IMG/VR virus record: IMGVR_UViG_3300031841_004520
Location: 59,593-123,592 of that record
Source of the DNA: a virus
Length of the DNA: 64,000 nucleotides
Strand: one strand, 5' to 3'
Below are positions 18,074 through 28,717 of this stretch, one piece after another. The translations under genes were made by a program, and so were the position numbers. Positions within the stretch are counted from its first letter, which is position 1. Each line of letters starts with the position of its first letter. The notes under the pieces were generated by a model. It did no database searches, was not told where the DNA came from, and saw nothing but the letters and a program-made list of their open reading frames with translations.

Positions 18074-20272
18074 CTAAATCAGACATGCGCCGCCAGCACA
18101 GCTAATTTCCTCTATCCCTGTGGTATTGTCCTCTGTTTCCAATAGCTGTGTATAATCAACTTTTGCGAAACTGTTATATAGATCTGTGTATATCTTCCAA
18201 TTATATACGTCTTTCATACAGTAGGTCAATCTCTTTAGGTCGTCATCGAAATATTTTTTAGCAAATCTTTGCATTTTTATGGCAAATAGTTTTTTGTCTT
18301 CCGAGTCTTTGTCAGATGATTGCTCTAGGGTCATATAGTCGCAAGCAGCCCATAGATTTAAACCAAAGGCATTCAGACCCAATTCAATTAAACCAGAACA
18401 CCATAGTGACGCATCTCCATATTCTTTGGCTATTTCTTTGGGAGTGTATACTGTGGTGAATGGTGCTTGTGGATAATCCTTATCTCCACTTTGTGGAATA
18501 AGACTAATACCAGCAAAGAACCGCCTATTATTATATATAAACTTTGTAACATCTTGCCATTCATCAGGCTGCACGGTAACGGTATTGCTAACATTATGGC
18601 TTAGAAAATCTTGAGTGCATAAGGATCTGTTCTTTCCAGAATGGACCCAATTCTTCTGAGCTTCTTTTACAACACCCAGCATTTCTAAAGCTGGTAATTG
18701 ATTTTTTAGCTTAGAGCCATCAGGAACTTCAATAGGAAATTTTACAACCTCGTCTGTATCATTGGCAGACCAAGATGATTTTTCACACGCTTGAGGATTA
18801 TAACTTTTAAAGTGTTGATAGGGAGCTTCTAGAATATTGGCTTGTACATGCCTAATGTATCTTTTTGCATGATGCGGATGGATACCAGAACTTGTTCCCA
18901 GCATGCTACTACTAGTACCTTCAGGCTTTAAGCACGTAACTCTTGCTGCCTGATTGATGCCTATCTTTTTAGAAAGTTCTTTATTGGTATCAACAGCAAT
19001 TTTTGCGCCTTTTTTCAAAACTTTTTCCGTTAATACTAACTCATGCTTTTCCATAATCCCTGTTAAAGAAACACCAAGTAAAGCCTCTCGCTCAAAAATA
19101 GTCTTGCTATCATCTCCTAAATAATCTAATGCAGTAAATCCAGCCTGTAAAGTTCCAATAATTGCAGCAGCTTTGCAGCGTTCATAAAAATCTTCTTCAT
19201 CAGATAATGAAGAACAGTTAATGGTAGAAAGATTACATCCCTGCCAGCCTGATCTGCCAGACTCTTCGTTTACAGGCCACATACCCACTTCAACACATGG
19301 ATTAAACGTCATTTCTGTAGAGTCACTCCAAATAAAACCTGGCTCACCAAACTCTTTTACAGAATCCATTAGTATTTGGAATTGTTCATATGTTGTATTG
19401 TCTTTTAGCAATAAGGCCGAATTATTGCTTCTGGCTCTCTGTGGATTGTCTACATACCAGTTACCAGTTTTAGCCTTTGCCATCTCTTCATCATCTGGAC
19501 TAAATAACGCTAGTGACGCACTTCTGCGAACGCCACCAGATAGTACAGCATCGCTTGAGTGCATAATAATATCATAAGCATCAATCGGTCTGAGTTTTTT
19601 CTGTTTTCTTTCAACGCACACCTCCAATAATTCTCTAATTTTTTCTAATCCATTTTGTAATGGTTCAAACCCAGGAGCTTTGCCTACGCCAGAAGACAGG
19701 GTTGATCCCTTTTCTCTGATGTTACTATAATCAAAAACGATATATTGATCTTTGTATTCTTTAAATTTATTTTCGGCAGGCTTTGTGAAATATGAACTCA
19801 ATAACACCCCCAAGGCATCTGCCCAACCTTCAATACTATCTTCTATTTTATACTTTACGCCCTTACGCTTATCTTTTGTGTTCGGAGAAAGTGTTGGTAA
19901 TTTGGCGATGTGGTGTTTTTGAACACTAAACCCTGTGCCACTACCACACAGCAATAGCCAGAAACATTCTTGAAAAAATCTCAATCGATCACAGTATGAG
20001 CTTGTACAATTGTAGATCTTGGCATGTCTTTTTAAAATAGGTTCTCCACCGAATTGTAAGGCCCTCTGGCTACCCAATACTTTTTTCTTCAGCATGAGGT
20101 CGTAGGCCCAATTAATATCTTCTGTGATATCATTATCGTCATATTGAGTATGCATCATGTTTTGCACACGCTCAACCGCTTCTTTCCAGGTCTCTCTACG
20201 ATTCTTGTCTCCCAACCATCTAGCGTATTTAGAAACGAAAGTATAGTTTTGAAGTTCTTGAAGCGCAGACAT
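18074..20272 (-). CDS. nrdJ: Ribonucleotide reductase, most likely class II monomeric (AdoCbl-dependent)
   Basis: SGGVRRSA, NPCVE, CNLS, KPEGT, C-terminal CAGGAC; no adjacent nrdB. Confidence 0.85.
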   Translation of the reverse strand: MSALQELQNYTFVSKYARWLGDKNRRETWKEAVERVQNMMHTQYDDNDITEDINWAYDLMLKKKVLGSQRALQFGGEPILKRHAKIYNCTSSYCDRLRFFQECFWLLLCGSGTGFSVQKHHIAKLPTLSPNTKDKRKGVKYKIEDSIEGWADALGVLLSSYFTKPAENKFKEYKDQYIVFDYSNIREKGSTLSSGVGKAPGFEPLQNGLEKIRELLEVCVERKQKKLRPIDAYDIIMHSSDAVLSGGVRRSASLALFSPDDEEMAKAKTGNWYVDNPQRARSNNSALLLKDNTTYEQFQILMDSVKEFGEPGFIWSDSTEMTFNPCVEVGMWPVNEESGRSGWQGCNLSTINCSSLSDEEDFYERCKAAAIIGTLQAGFTALDYLGDDSKTIFEREALLGVSLTGIMEKHELVLTEKVLKKGAKIAVDTNKELSKKIGINQAARVTCLKPEGTSSSMLGTSSGIHPHHAKRYIRHVQANILEAPYQHFKSYNPQACEKSSWSANDTDEVVKFPIEVPDGSKLKNQLPALEMLGVVKEAQKNWVHSGKNRSLCTQDFLSHNVSNTVTVQPDEWQDVTKFIYNNRRFFAGISLIPQSGDKDYPQAPFTTVYTPKEIAKEYGDASLWCSGLIELGLNAFGLNLWAACDYMTLEQSSDKDSEDKKLFAIKMQRFAKKYFDDDLKRLTYCMKDVYNWKIYTDLYNSFAKVDYTQLLETEDNTTGIEEISCAGGACLI

Positions 20273-20291
20273 ATTTTCTCCTTAAAATAAT

Positions 20292-20366
20292 TCAGGATAC
20301 AGCGACGGCGAAAGAAATAACATAAAGGCCATCAGCTAGGTAAGTGTTAATAAAATTTACAGTCAT
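20292..20366 (-). other. Possible 24-aa leader ORF and hairpin in the nrdJ 5' region
   Basis: MTVNFINTYLADGLYVISFAVAVS*; stem AGC(U)GAUGGC / GCCGUCGCU at 20337-20301. Confidence 0.3.
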
Positions 20367-20373
20367 GATAGTA

Positions 20374-20841
20374 TTATAGTACACCGAACAGATCTTGCAA
20401 CCAAGAAACATTCGGTTTTGTTTTTATAATCTCTATCTTACTCTGTTTAACAAAAAGGTTGAATTTTTTTTGTTCTTTTTCATTGAATAATTTTGTTCCG
20501 TGGCTGTCCCACATTATTACTTTTTTTATTCCTTCTTGGTGTAGGGCGAGTATGCAGTCGTTGCAACACTGACCTGTAATATACGCAATACCGTTGTCTG
20601 GACGTACAACACAATTAGACAAAGCATTGCGTTCAGCATGAATCATCCAATCATATTTTTCTGGACGAGTTTTTGGTAAGGATTCGTCATCCATACCTTT
20701 AGGGAAACCATTGTAGCCAACACCCAATATTCTGTTGTGTTGATCTGTAATCACGCAGCCGTGTTGGGTATGAATGTCATGACTACGTTGCGATGCAACT
20801 TTTGCAATTCCTAAAAAATAATCTGTCCAGTTTGGTCTCAT
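20374..20841 (-). CDS. dCMP deaminase
   Basis: GYNGFP, HAERNAL, CNDC zinc motif. Confidence 0.92.
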   Translation of the reverse strand: MRPNWTDYFLGIAKVASQRSHDIHTQHGCVITDQHNRILGVGYNGFPKGMDDESLPKTRPEKYDWMIHAERNALSNCVVRPDNGIAYITGQCCNDCILALHQEGIKKVIMWDSHGTKLFNEKEQKKFNLFVKQSKIEIIKTKPNVSWLQDLFGVL

Positions 20842-20844
20842 ATT

Positions 20845-21804
20845 TTATACTATTGGTATCTCAGTTTGGATATTGGGAAAATCTTTTAAAAACTCTTCAG
20901 GGTTATTGAAATTATCTTCTAATGGCTGTTCTTTAGACTGCTTAATTGTTACATGATCTATTTCTTCTGGTTTTATTTTTATATTTATTCCGTTTTGATC
21001 ATAGACTTCCTGAAGGTATTCCAGTTTATTTTTCTGTGCGTGTAACACTTCATAATTTATTATGCACTTAGGTCCATCGAAGTTGTTATATATTTCAGCA
21101 ATTTTTTCTTGAGCGTTTTTTATCTGATTAAATTTACCTAAATATGCTTCTTTATTCCACGTAATCTTTAGCTTTTTGCATTCTTGTATTCTGTTCATAT
21201 TTTTTTCGTTAGTGTCAATATACCACACATTATTTAGGTTTCCTTTAACTTCGCTAATATGCGTCAACAAAGCACTTTTCCTGTGTGGTATTATTAAAGC
21301 ATTGCAGTGTTTTAGTATTTTGTTTATATCTATATTATTATTCATCCTGTCTGTTTCTTCTAAAGATGTTTGACCTAGGAAAACTTTTACTATTGTATTT
21401 TTATTCACAGTTTTGTTTAAAAACTTTACACTTACTCCATACAATTCTTCGTTAGATGGTTCGATAAATCTTTCCATCTCTTCGATAAGTTCCTGTATAG
21501 GTACTGAGTGATATTCACGAACTAAGCTTGATAAATTCCTAAGTAAAAACTCCTGATGTGCATCAAGCCATCCCGCATACTTATATATATAATTGCTTTT
21601 GTGAGCAGCCATTAACTGTACAACTTTTGTTTTTATGTACATATTCCAAAAGATATGATTGAAAAATTCACCCAAACAAAACCATTCTTTAAAATTTGAA
21701 CGAATTGTTGACAGTATGAAATTTGTACCAACTCTACCACAAGCTGACAACATGATAGCATTTGTCTTGTTACAGCTTGGAGAAGTGTTCTTTGATTTCA
21801 TCAA
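20845..21804 (-). CDS. Sulfotransferase-like protein (Stf0-like)
   Basis: GRVGTNF 5'-PSB-like loop, LGEFF, R...HIS, INYE, KQ. Confidence 0.6.
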   Translation of the reverse strand: MMKSKNTSPSCNKTNAIMLSACGRVGTNFILSTIRSNFKEWFCLGEFFNHIFWNMYIKTKVVQLMAAHKSNYIYKYAGWLDAHQEFLLRNLSSLVREYHSVPIQELIEEMERFIEPSNEELYGVSVKFLNKTVNKNTIVKVFLGQTSLEETDRMNNNIDINKILKHCNALIIPHRKSALLTHISEVKGNLNNVWYIDTNEKNMNRIQECKKLKITWNKEAYLGKFNQIKNAQEKIAEIYNNFDGPKCIINYEVLHAQKNKLEYLQEVYDQNGINIKIKPEEIDHVTIKQSKEQPLEDNFNNPEEFLKDFPNIQTEIPIV

Positions 21805-22612
21805 ATTTACCTTTATTATTCAGTTTATACAGCCCGTTGCTATCCATTTCCAGATCTTTAATATCAAAATCATGAGTAAGTATTTTTTCTCTAGAATTAT
21901 ATCCTCTATATTTGTAGTCTCCGTGATATAAATGCTCTACGACACCTTTACAATAGCCAACATCTACGCCAGAAGATTTGTCTAAATTTTGATAATAATT
22001 TAAAAAATCTTGTATCAAATTATTAGGCATTGCGAATATCTTGTAATTAACAATATCGCCTAACCAAGCATATAATTGTAAGCCATCATTACTACCCATA
22101 ATATGTTTATCATAAAAGCCGTTTGGTAAAAGTGATCTGCGACATCCCCAGGATAGTCCAACAGCCAAGCTGCGTCCTATAGGTTCATTATGATGTATGT
22201 AAGAGTGTAGTAGTTTGGCATAAGAAAAGCAGTTGAGATTATGATTAAAATGATTGTCTAGCTCTACCACTCTTTCAAACGGTTGACCAAAACACTTTTC
22301 ATCTAATAATTTATCTAATTCCGTAAGCCAATCGTCATTATGAAATACTACATCTGTATCTACCCATACAATTTTATCTACACTATCAGGCAAAGTTTCT
22401 AAAGCTATATTGAAACATCTTTCCTTTTGCCATAAAAAATTTTCAGGCTTAGCTACAATTTGTATAGCATCATCTATAAAAAAATGAGATGCGTCTGTAG
22501 CTAATTCTACTGTAATTAGATCATGGGCAAAGTTTTTTCTAAATTTCTCATAGTTAGATTTTCTAACAGGATTATTATTATAATTAAAATATGAGCATAT
22601 TGCCTTAATCAT
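21770..22612 (-). CDS. GT-A-like glycosyltransferase, YFN/WQKER family, paralog 1
   Basis: SYFNY, LWQKERCFN, WVDTDVVF (DxD), HLYHG; start moved to MIKAI. Confidence 0.6.
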   Translation of the reverse strand: MIKAICSYFNYNNNPVRKSNYEKFRKNFAHDLITVELATDASHFFIDDAIQIVAKPENFLWQKERCFNIALETLPDSVDKIVWVDTDVVFHNDDWLTELDKLLDEKCFGQPFERVVELDNHFNHNLNCFSYAKLLHSYIHHNEPIGRSLAVGLSWGCRRSLLPNGFYDKHIMGSNDGLQLYAWLGDIVNYKIFAMPNNLIQDFLNYYQNLDKSSGVDVGYCKGVVEHLYHGDYKYRGYNSREKILTHDFDIKDLEMDSNGLYKLNNKGKFDEIKEHFSKL

Positions 22613-23033
22613 TGAAGTCATGTTCCTGTATACGTTTTTCTATATCAAGATTAAATGCAACCGACTTAACTAAGTTAATGTTGAAGTCTCCATCTTCGTT
22701 AGAGTCGCACACATGCGGATTGTATGTGGTAGTCCTAATAAAATTTACGATCATTTTTAGTAGCCGTTCTTTTTGTTGATGTGCATAGGCTATCTCTTCA
22801 AAAAGGAAAGCTAAAAATTTGTGTATGTCTGTTGTTTTGCAGGGTAGCATGCCCATATTTATACCGTAGCATACCCAATGAAAATACAGTCTTTCTTTTT
22901 CTGTCACGCTATGTTCTTTACAATAAGGTTGATAAAAATCAGAAACCTCAGGGTATTGTTCTGAGTATGTAACTTCATCAAAAAATTGATTACATTTATT
23001 CTTTTTATAAAAATCTTTTAGTGTTATTTCCAT
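22605..23033 (-). CDS. Hypothetical protein in the glycan island
   Basis: FDEVTY...YPEV...FHWVCYG resembles small GT-associated modules. Confidence 0.5.
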   Translation of the reverse strand: MEITLKDFYKKNKCNQFFDEVTYSEQYPEVSDFYQPYCKEHSVTEKERLYFHWVCYGINMGMLPCKTTDIHKFLAFLFEEIAYAHQQKERLLKMIVNFIRTTTYNPHVCDSNEDGDFNINLVKSVAFNLDIEKRIQEHDFND

Positions 23034-23036
23034 AAT

Positions 23037-23675
23037 TTAATTTTTGTAGGCAAAAAACCTATGAAAAGGACAGTCCATAATACCAATAATTCTGTCCATC
23101 AATAACTGCTCAGTAATATCTACCAAAATATTACTATTACATACATCAACAACTCCTTGATATACATCTTGGTTTCCAGGTATATCATCAATAACAACTA
23201 TGGTGTCAGTATGAGCGAATTTTTTACAATCATGGACATCTTGAATTAAATCGTCTGTACTATGACCTCCATCAATATGAATTAAATCATATTTTTGTGT
23301 CGGAATATGTTTTTTTATAGTGGTATGACTGTTACCAGCAGTAAATATGCAGTCATAATTCTGTGCTAAATAATCGCAACTACCCTTGGTATAAGGATGG
23401 CTAAATAAATCAAAACCTAGTACTTTTAATTTTGGATTAGCGTACAAACACAAGCCTACAGAATGTCCTCCATTAATTCCTACTTGAACTAAACTTTCAG
23501 AAACTCTAGACAAATTGTATAAATTGTTTCTTAGTGAATACTTCTCTGTATCTAAAACAAAATGGCTGGCATGATTGTATAGGCAATTTCCCTCAAAGTC
23601 AGGCAAATATGGTTTTACAGATTTATTTAAGTTTTTGACTATTTCAGAATCAAGAAATTCGTTGTCATTAAGCAT
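23037..23675 (-). CDS. SAM-dependent methyltransferase (Methyltransf_24-like)
   Basis: QVGINGGHS, GNS, YDLIHIDGGH, VIDD. Confidence 0.85.
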   Translation of the reverse strand: MLNDNEFLDSEIVKNLNKSVKPYLPDFEGNCLYNHASHFVLDTEKYSLRNNLYNLSRVSESLVQVGINGGHSVGLCLYANPKLKVLGFDLFSHPYTKGSCDYLAQNYDCIFTAGNSHTTIKKHIPTQKYDLIHIDGGHSTDDLIQDVHDCKKFAHTDTIVVIDDIPGNQDVYQGVVDVCNSNILVDITEQLLMDRIIGIMDCPFHRFFAYKN

Positions 23676-24423
23676 TAATTATTTCCTTTGCCATTTCTAA
23701 TCTATATTGATTAATTTGATTGTGTGTGTAACCAAGCCTCTCTGCTCTTTTCCACGATGTGCCGTGACCTAAATGATATATTTCCATATTAGGAAAATCT
23801 TTTTCTTCCGGATCGTAGTGCCTACAGATCTTGGTATGATGTCTTGAAATATTAAATACTTTCATTACATCAGAAAGTGTGTTTTGATGATATACAGCTT
23901 CAAGAAAGTCTTGATCTCCAAAACATCTCCTGTTTCTTTCTTCATAATGTTTCTTGCACCAATTAACAATATTATTTTTTTGTGCAATTAAGAATAAGAT
24001 ATATTTCTCCCAACCATGACTGTCTGCAGAGGCAAAGCATGAACAACATTCGTCTCTCCAATATAATTTACTATCTATCTTGTGATCAAATCTAAATCTT
24101 TTATTTATTACATCATAATCAGATATAAAAGAAGGTTCTTGTATTGTGTGGAAAGCAGCTATTTCTCTTTGTGCAGCCAACCAATATCTATGAACTGGAT
24201 TTTTTTGTTTTAGTCCTGCACCTCCCCTAACTTCTATATGTACTTCTTGCACTAAGTCCATATATTGATTAAATAGTGATGATTTTTTGGCATCATCAAT
24301 AGACAAAATGATAGGATCAAAACCTTGCTTTTTCCAGCTCTCTTCCCACACACCTAGCAAGCTCTCATGCATTTCTTGATCTGGATCATTTAGATTTTCA
24401 TAATATGTATATATTTTTGTCAT
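23668..24423 (-). CDS. Putative glycosyltransferase-like protein
   Basis: WEESWKKQGF, ISDYDV (DxD), GDQDF. Confidence 0.5.
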   Translation of the reverse strand: MTKIYTYYENLNDPDQEMHESLLGVWEESWKKQGFDPIILSIDDAKKSSLFNQYMDLVQEVHIEVRGGAGLKQKNPVHRYWLAAQREIAAFHTIQEPSFISDYDVINKRFRFDHKIDSKLYWRDECCSCFASADSHGWEKYILFLIAQKNNIVNWCKKHYEERNRRCFGDQDFLEAVYHQNTLSDVMKVFNISRHHTKICRHYDPEEKDFPNMEIYHLGHGTSWKRAERLGYTHNQINQYRLEMAKEIINA

Positions 24424-25613
24424 AGCGTATTGATTTCACAAGGGACATCAAAAATTTTACTAATCCAATAAACAAAACCAGACCCCCAATCATACACACT
24501 GTAAGATATATTACTTTTGCTTTCAGAAAGAATCTTTACATCTAAAGCTGTGTGTAATAATTTTTCATCTTCTATGTCTTGATTTTGAAAATCAGTAAAA
24601 GTAAGGGTAGAAGGAGCATAGGATGTATGAGTGCTCTTTTCGTGTATAATGTGTATCTTTTTGCTCTTGTTGACCTTCTTAAAGTATGCTTTTAAATCAT
24701 TGCAGTCCGACATAATGATTAGATTTTTACACTTACTATCTTTCAAATATTTTTTTGCCATTTTGTAGTATTCACTATAGTCATGATCAAAAGATTTGTA
24801 ATTAGGATTTTCTTTAATATACTCTGGCAAATCAGATATTTGCTCGTCTAAGTGAGATACGCTTTTTCTGTCGCCTAGCCTAAAGTGTAAAACATGATAG
24901 TCTTTTATATTAAGTGTTTGATAAAGATTTTCTACATCTTTATGAAAGTAAATATGAAATTTAAAATATCTTTTGCATTTATCTGTTAGGTTGTAGTTTT
25001 GTAAGAAACATCTAGCATTTCTGTCATAGTGCGGCACAATTAGAACATCATGATAAAATGAAGATATTGCTAGATCTTTTGAACTACTTATGGTCTCGTT
25101 AAGTATCTTTTTCATGTGCATAGACCAATTTTGGGAACCTCTATTGGATTCTGCTTCTACTTCTAAATCTATGGGCTCTGATTGCGTTTCAGGGGCTGTG
25201 GTTAAAATAAACTTACCGATAGGGTGCTGTTTAAAATCAAGGGTTACAGAGGCTTGTGTGTGATGACACAAGTTTTCAAATAGATGCACAGAACCTCTGA
25301 GAAAATCCCCTATACCACCACTAAATCTCTTAGTGTAGCAATTAGTTACACTTTTTAAATTTGATACATTTACAGGATATATACTAGACAGCTCAAAATG
25401 AGATAAGTCATGATCATCTCTATATAGTTGTAAAATAAAATTATACAAGATATCCATATGATGTCTTTGTGTAATCACCAATATGGATTTTACCAACCAT
25501 TCATCTAACTGAGACTTATCTTTGCAATAGTCATACTGTAAAAAGTATTCAGCAAAAGTTACTAAGTCTCCAGTATTAACAAAGTCATTAAGTATCTCTT
25601 TAGGTTCGGCCAT
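24420..25613 (-). CDS. GDP-fucose-type glycosyltransferase (NodZ/GT23/O-FucT-like)
   Basis: GGIGDFLRG, VLHFRLGD, MSD, D..ILS, SGF. Confidence 0.7.
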   Translation of the reverse strand: MAEPKEILNDFVNTGDLVTFAEYFLQYDYCKDKSQLDEWLVKSILVITQRHHMDILYNFILQLYRDDHDLSHFELSSIYPVNVSNLKSVTNCYTKRFSGGIGDFLRGSVHLFENLCHHTQASVTLDFKQHPIGKFILTTAPETQSEPIDLEVEAESNRGSQNWSMHMKKILNETISSSKDLAISSFYHDVLIVPHYDRNARCFLQNYNLTDKCKRYFKFHIYFHKDVENLYQTLNIKDYHVLHFRLGDRKSVSHLDEQISDLPEYIKENPNYKSFDHDYSEYYKMAKKYLKDSKCKNLIIMSDCNDLKAYFKKVNKSKKIHIIHEKSTHTSYAPSTLTFTDFQNQDIEDEKLLHTALDVKILSESKSNISYSVYDWGSGFVYWISKIFDVPCEINTL

Positions 25614-26574
25614 TTTGTTCCTGTATCCATTTATATGTCTTCTCTAATCCATTATAAAGTGTCATAGAGGGTTGCCAACCTAATTCTTTTTGTAAAAGTC
25701 TATTATCAGAATTTCTACCATTAACACCCACGGGACCATCTACATTTTTGTATTTAACATTCTTGCCAGACAATTTAATAATCATTTCTGCAAACTGATT
25801 GATGCTCACCATTTCTTCACTACCAATATTAACTGGTCCAGCAAAATCTGATCGTGTTAATCTTAATGTGCCTTCTATACACTCATCAATATATAGGAAT
25901 GATCTTGTTTGCTTACCCGTTCCCCAAATTTCAATAGTATCTCCTTCTTCTGCCCTAATAACTTTTCTACACAATGCAGCAGGAGCTTTCTCTTTGCCTC
26001 CATCCCAAGTGCCTTCTGGCCCAAAGATATTATGATACCTAGCTATGCTTACGTCTAATCCATGATTTCTTTGTAATGCTAAATAAAATCTTTCACTAAA
26101 TAGTTTTTCCCATCCATATTCACTATCTGGTGCGGCTGGATATGCAGAATCTTCGCTACATTTTGGGTTGTCTGGATCTTCTTGATTATATGCTGGATAC
26201 ATGCAGGCACTGCTGCTATAGAACAGCTTACCGACTTTTTTGCTAACAGCTATTGAGCCTATATTAAGATTAATTTGTGCAGAATTATGCATGATACCCG
26301 CATCGTTCTCTCCAGTGAAAATATATCCTGCTCCACCCATATCTGCTGCTAGTTGATAAACTTCGTCAAACACTTCTCCATTAGGTAAAGACATTACTCT
26401 TTCAGCATTTCTAAAATTACACAAATCTCCTAGTGCAAAATCATCAGCTTCTGTTGTAGAGAAATCTGGTATCTTTAGATCCGCACCTCTAACCCAGTAT
26501 CCATCTGCCTTTAATCTTTTAACAAGATGCGATCCTATGAATCCACCGGCTCCACACACTAATGCTGTTTTCAT
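25600..26574 (-). CDS. GDP-mannose 3,5-epimerase-like NAD-dependent epimerase
   Basis: GAGGFIG, QLAADMGGAGYI, YSSSACMYP, YGWEK, GGKEKAPAALCRK, GRNSDN. Confidence 0.92.
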   Translation of the reverse strand: MKTALVCGAGGFIGSHLVKRLKADGYWVRGADLKIPDFSTTEADDFALGDLCNFRNAERVMSLPNGEVFDEVYQLAADMGGAGYIFTGENDAGIMHNSAQINLNIGSIAVSKKVGKLFYSSSACMYPAYNQEDPDNPKCSEDSAYPAAPDSEYGWEKLFSERFYLALQRNHGLDVSIARYHNIFGPEGTWDGGKEKAPAALCRKVIRAEEGDTIEIWGTGKQTRSFLYIDECIEGTLRLTRSDFAGPVNIGSEEMVSINQFAEMIIKLSGKNVKYKNVDGPVGVNGRNSDNRLLQKELGWQPSMTLYNGLEKTYKWIQEQNGRT

Positions 26575-27527
26575 CTAGCTTGCCTCTTTTTTTCTATTTC
26601 TTTTTGTAACATAGATAAGAATTGATTATTTAATTGTCTTATGTTGTCTAGCTGCCAATTAACCACACTTTCGTAGTAATCGATATTTTTTTCTAGCTCT
26701 TCTATTTTGTCTTGTACACAAGTTATATTATTACAAATCATGTCTGGGTGCAAGAAATGACTATTATCATTAGCGGTTTGTCCTATACACACTGTGTTTA
26801 ATGAGCTTGCGTCATGGAAAAATTGACCATGTCTTTGACTAATACATATTGCATATTTAGATTTTGATAAATTGCTATAATATTGTTTCGATTCACCCTC
26901 TATAATATTAGTAGGACAATAATATGAAGTATTTTTTACTGGAGAATTATTGTTGTTTGGCATATCTAACATATATTCGTCTTTATCTCTATTGTCTAAA
27001 AAGTACCCATGCTTGTTTGTAACATTAAACATTTTTTGCATAGCTTCTATATCTCTAGGAAAAGTAAAGAACTTTTCATTAATATGTCTTTGCTGTTGAT
27101 GATTAATATGTTGCAAAAATACGTCGTAGTCTTGACTATATTTAGCATCAAAATGCTCAGCATTAAAATATAAAAATAGAGTATTGGGGTATCTATCAAT
27201 AATATTTTTTTGTATTATTGCATCTTCTGATATTACTACATCATATTGACCAAAATCTACATCATCAATATTCACTGTATTTTGTGTGTGTTGCTTTACG
27301 GTGTCGAACAAATGAGAAATCTCTCTCATCCAGGGCATAGCAATAGTTTCATTAATTATTGCACAGTCCATTTGTAACAATAATATCATTTGCAAAGGAT
27401 GTCCAGCTTTAGCATAAAATTTTGAAAGTATAAATTCTGGACTAACATCATTAAACTTAAATGATGACCACGGGCCACCTATGTGTATTTTTTGCTTAAC
27501 ATACAGACTTTTCACAACATGCCCCAA
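26571..27527 (-). CDS. Hypothetical protein, possibly GT-B glycosyltransferase-like
   Basis: YYSNLSKSKYAI C-terminal motif; located in the glycan island. Confidence 0.45.
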   Translation of the reverse strand: MGHVVKSLYVKQKIHIGGPWSSFKFNDVSPEFILSKFYAKAGHPLQMILLLQMDCAIINETIAMPWMREISHLFDTVKQHTQNTVNIDDVDFGQYDVVISEDAIIQKNIIDRYPNTLFLYFNAEHFDAKYSQDYDVFLQHINHQQQRHINEKFFTFPRDIEAMQKMFNVTNKHGYFLDNRDKDEYMLDMPNNNNSPVKNTSYYCPTNIIEGESKQYYSNLSKSKYAICISQRHGQFFHDASSLNTVCIGQTANDNSHFLHPDMICNNITCVQDKIEELEKNIDYYESVVNWQLDNIRQLNNQFLSMLQKEIEKKRQAR

Positions 27528-28717
27528 GGATCAACGACTTTTTTATTATAAAAATTTAATCCAGCAAATCTTTTATCTGGATGCATAATTATTATGCAAT
27601 CACTTTTATTAATTAGGTCTTCTGGCGTTTGTTCCATAAAAATATTTAAATTTTCAGATGTTTGCACTATGTAATCAAATACCCGCACTTGTTTTTGTAT
27701 TCTTTTTAGAAGTGATACAGATGGCGACCCTATGGTAACTGGTGAGTCAGGTTTAAAAGATAAACCAAGAATGCCTATGTTTTGATATTTATCACACTCT
27801 TTAGCTATACTATTTAAAACCATATCGTTAACTTCTTGTGCAAATATTAGATTTTTAGCTATATGATTCCTGTCTTTAGCGAATTTTACAAAAGCGGTGG
27901 CATCTCTGGGAAAACAGGTACCTCCATATGGAGCACCCGCGCCAAAAAACTTATTACCAATTCTTTGGTCCATACCTACAACATTAGTAATATTATGGAC
28001 ATTGACATTTGGCAAGCCTTTACAAAGCTCTCCTAAAAAATTAGCAAAAGTAATTTTACTTACTATATATGCATTTAAAGCAACCTTAGCTATTTCAGTT
28101 TCTTCTAAGGTTAAAGATTCATGACTACAATTGTTTTGGTGCATTTTAGACCAAACTTTATGTACAGTTTCTAAATCTCTAACATTATTAGATCCGACTA
28201 GGAAAAAGTCTGGATTTTTAAAATCTTTAATAACGCTGCCTAATTTTACAAAATCAGGTACATACGCAAAGCCAAAATCATCCTCAAATTTTTTACCAGA
28301 AATTTTCTCTATGTCAGATATTAATTTTTTAATACTACCAGGTAAAACAGTTGAAGATAGAACTATGGTATGATACGGCTTTTCTATCTTTTTCAAGTTT
28401 ACAGCTATATCAGACATAGCAGCTTCTACAAAATCAGCAGCATAGCCATCATCTCCCAACTGTGTATTAACTAAAATTATAGATACGTCTGTCTCTTTAA
28501 TTGCCTGTTCATATGAGTCTGTAAATTTTAAAAATCTATGCTTGCAGCTATTAAACAATTCTTCAAGACCCGGTTCATAAAATGGAAGCTGTCCATTTTT
28601 TAAACTATCTAATATATATTCGTTTTTATCAACAGCAACTATACTATTCCCTATTTCTGCTAAACAGCTTGCCAAAGGTAGTCCTAGTTTTCCCAAACCT
28701 ATAAAACTTATATTCAT
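27512..28717 (-). CDS. ugd: UDP-glucose/GDP-mannose dehydrogenase family
   Basis: GLGKLG, PFYEPGL, STVLPG, K...N, YGGTCFPRD, GLSFKP. Confidence 0.9.
   Translation of the reverse strand: MNISFIGLGKLGLPLASCLAEIGNSIVAVDKNEYILDSLKNGQLPFYEPGLEELFNSCKHRFLKFTDSYEQAIKETDVSIILVNTQLGDDGYAADFVEAAMSDIAVNLKKIEKPYHTIVLSSTVLPGSIKKLISDIEKISGKKFEDDFGFAYVPDFVKLGSVIKDFKNPDFFLVGSNNVRDLETVHKVWSKMHQNNCSHESLTLEETEIAKVALNAYIVSKITFANFLGELCKGLPNVNVHNITNVVGMDQRIGNKFFGAGAPYGGTCFPRDATAFVKFAKDRNHIAKNLIFAQEVNDMVLNSIAKECDKYQNIGILGLSFKPDSPVTIGSPSVSLLKRIQKQVRVFDYIVQTSENLNIFMEQTPEDLINKSDCIIIMHPDKRFAGLNFYNKKVVDPWGML

Noticed and set aside
20273-20373. Cobalamin riboswitch upstream of nrdJ
   Set aside because: No B12-box or recognisable core consensus; retained only as an unexplained leader
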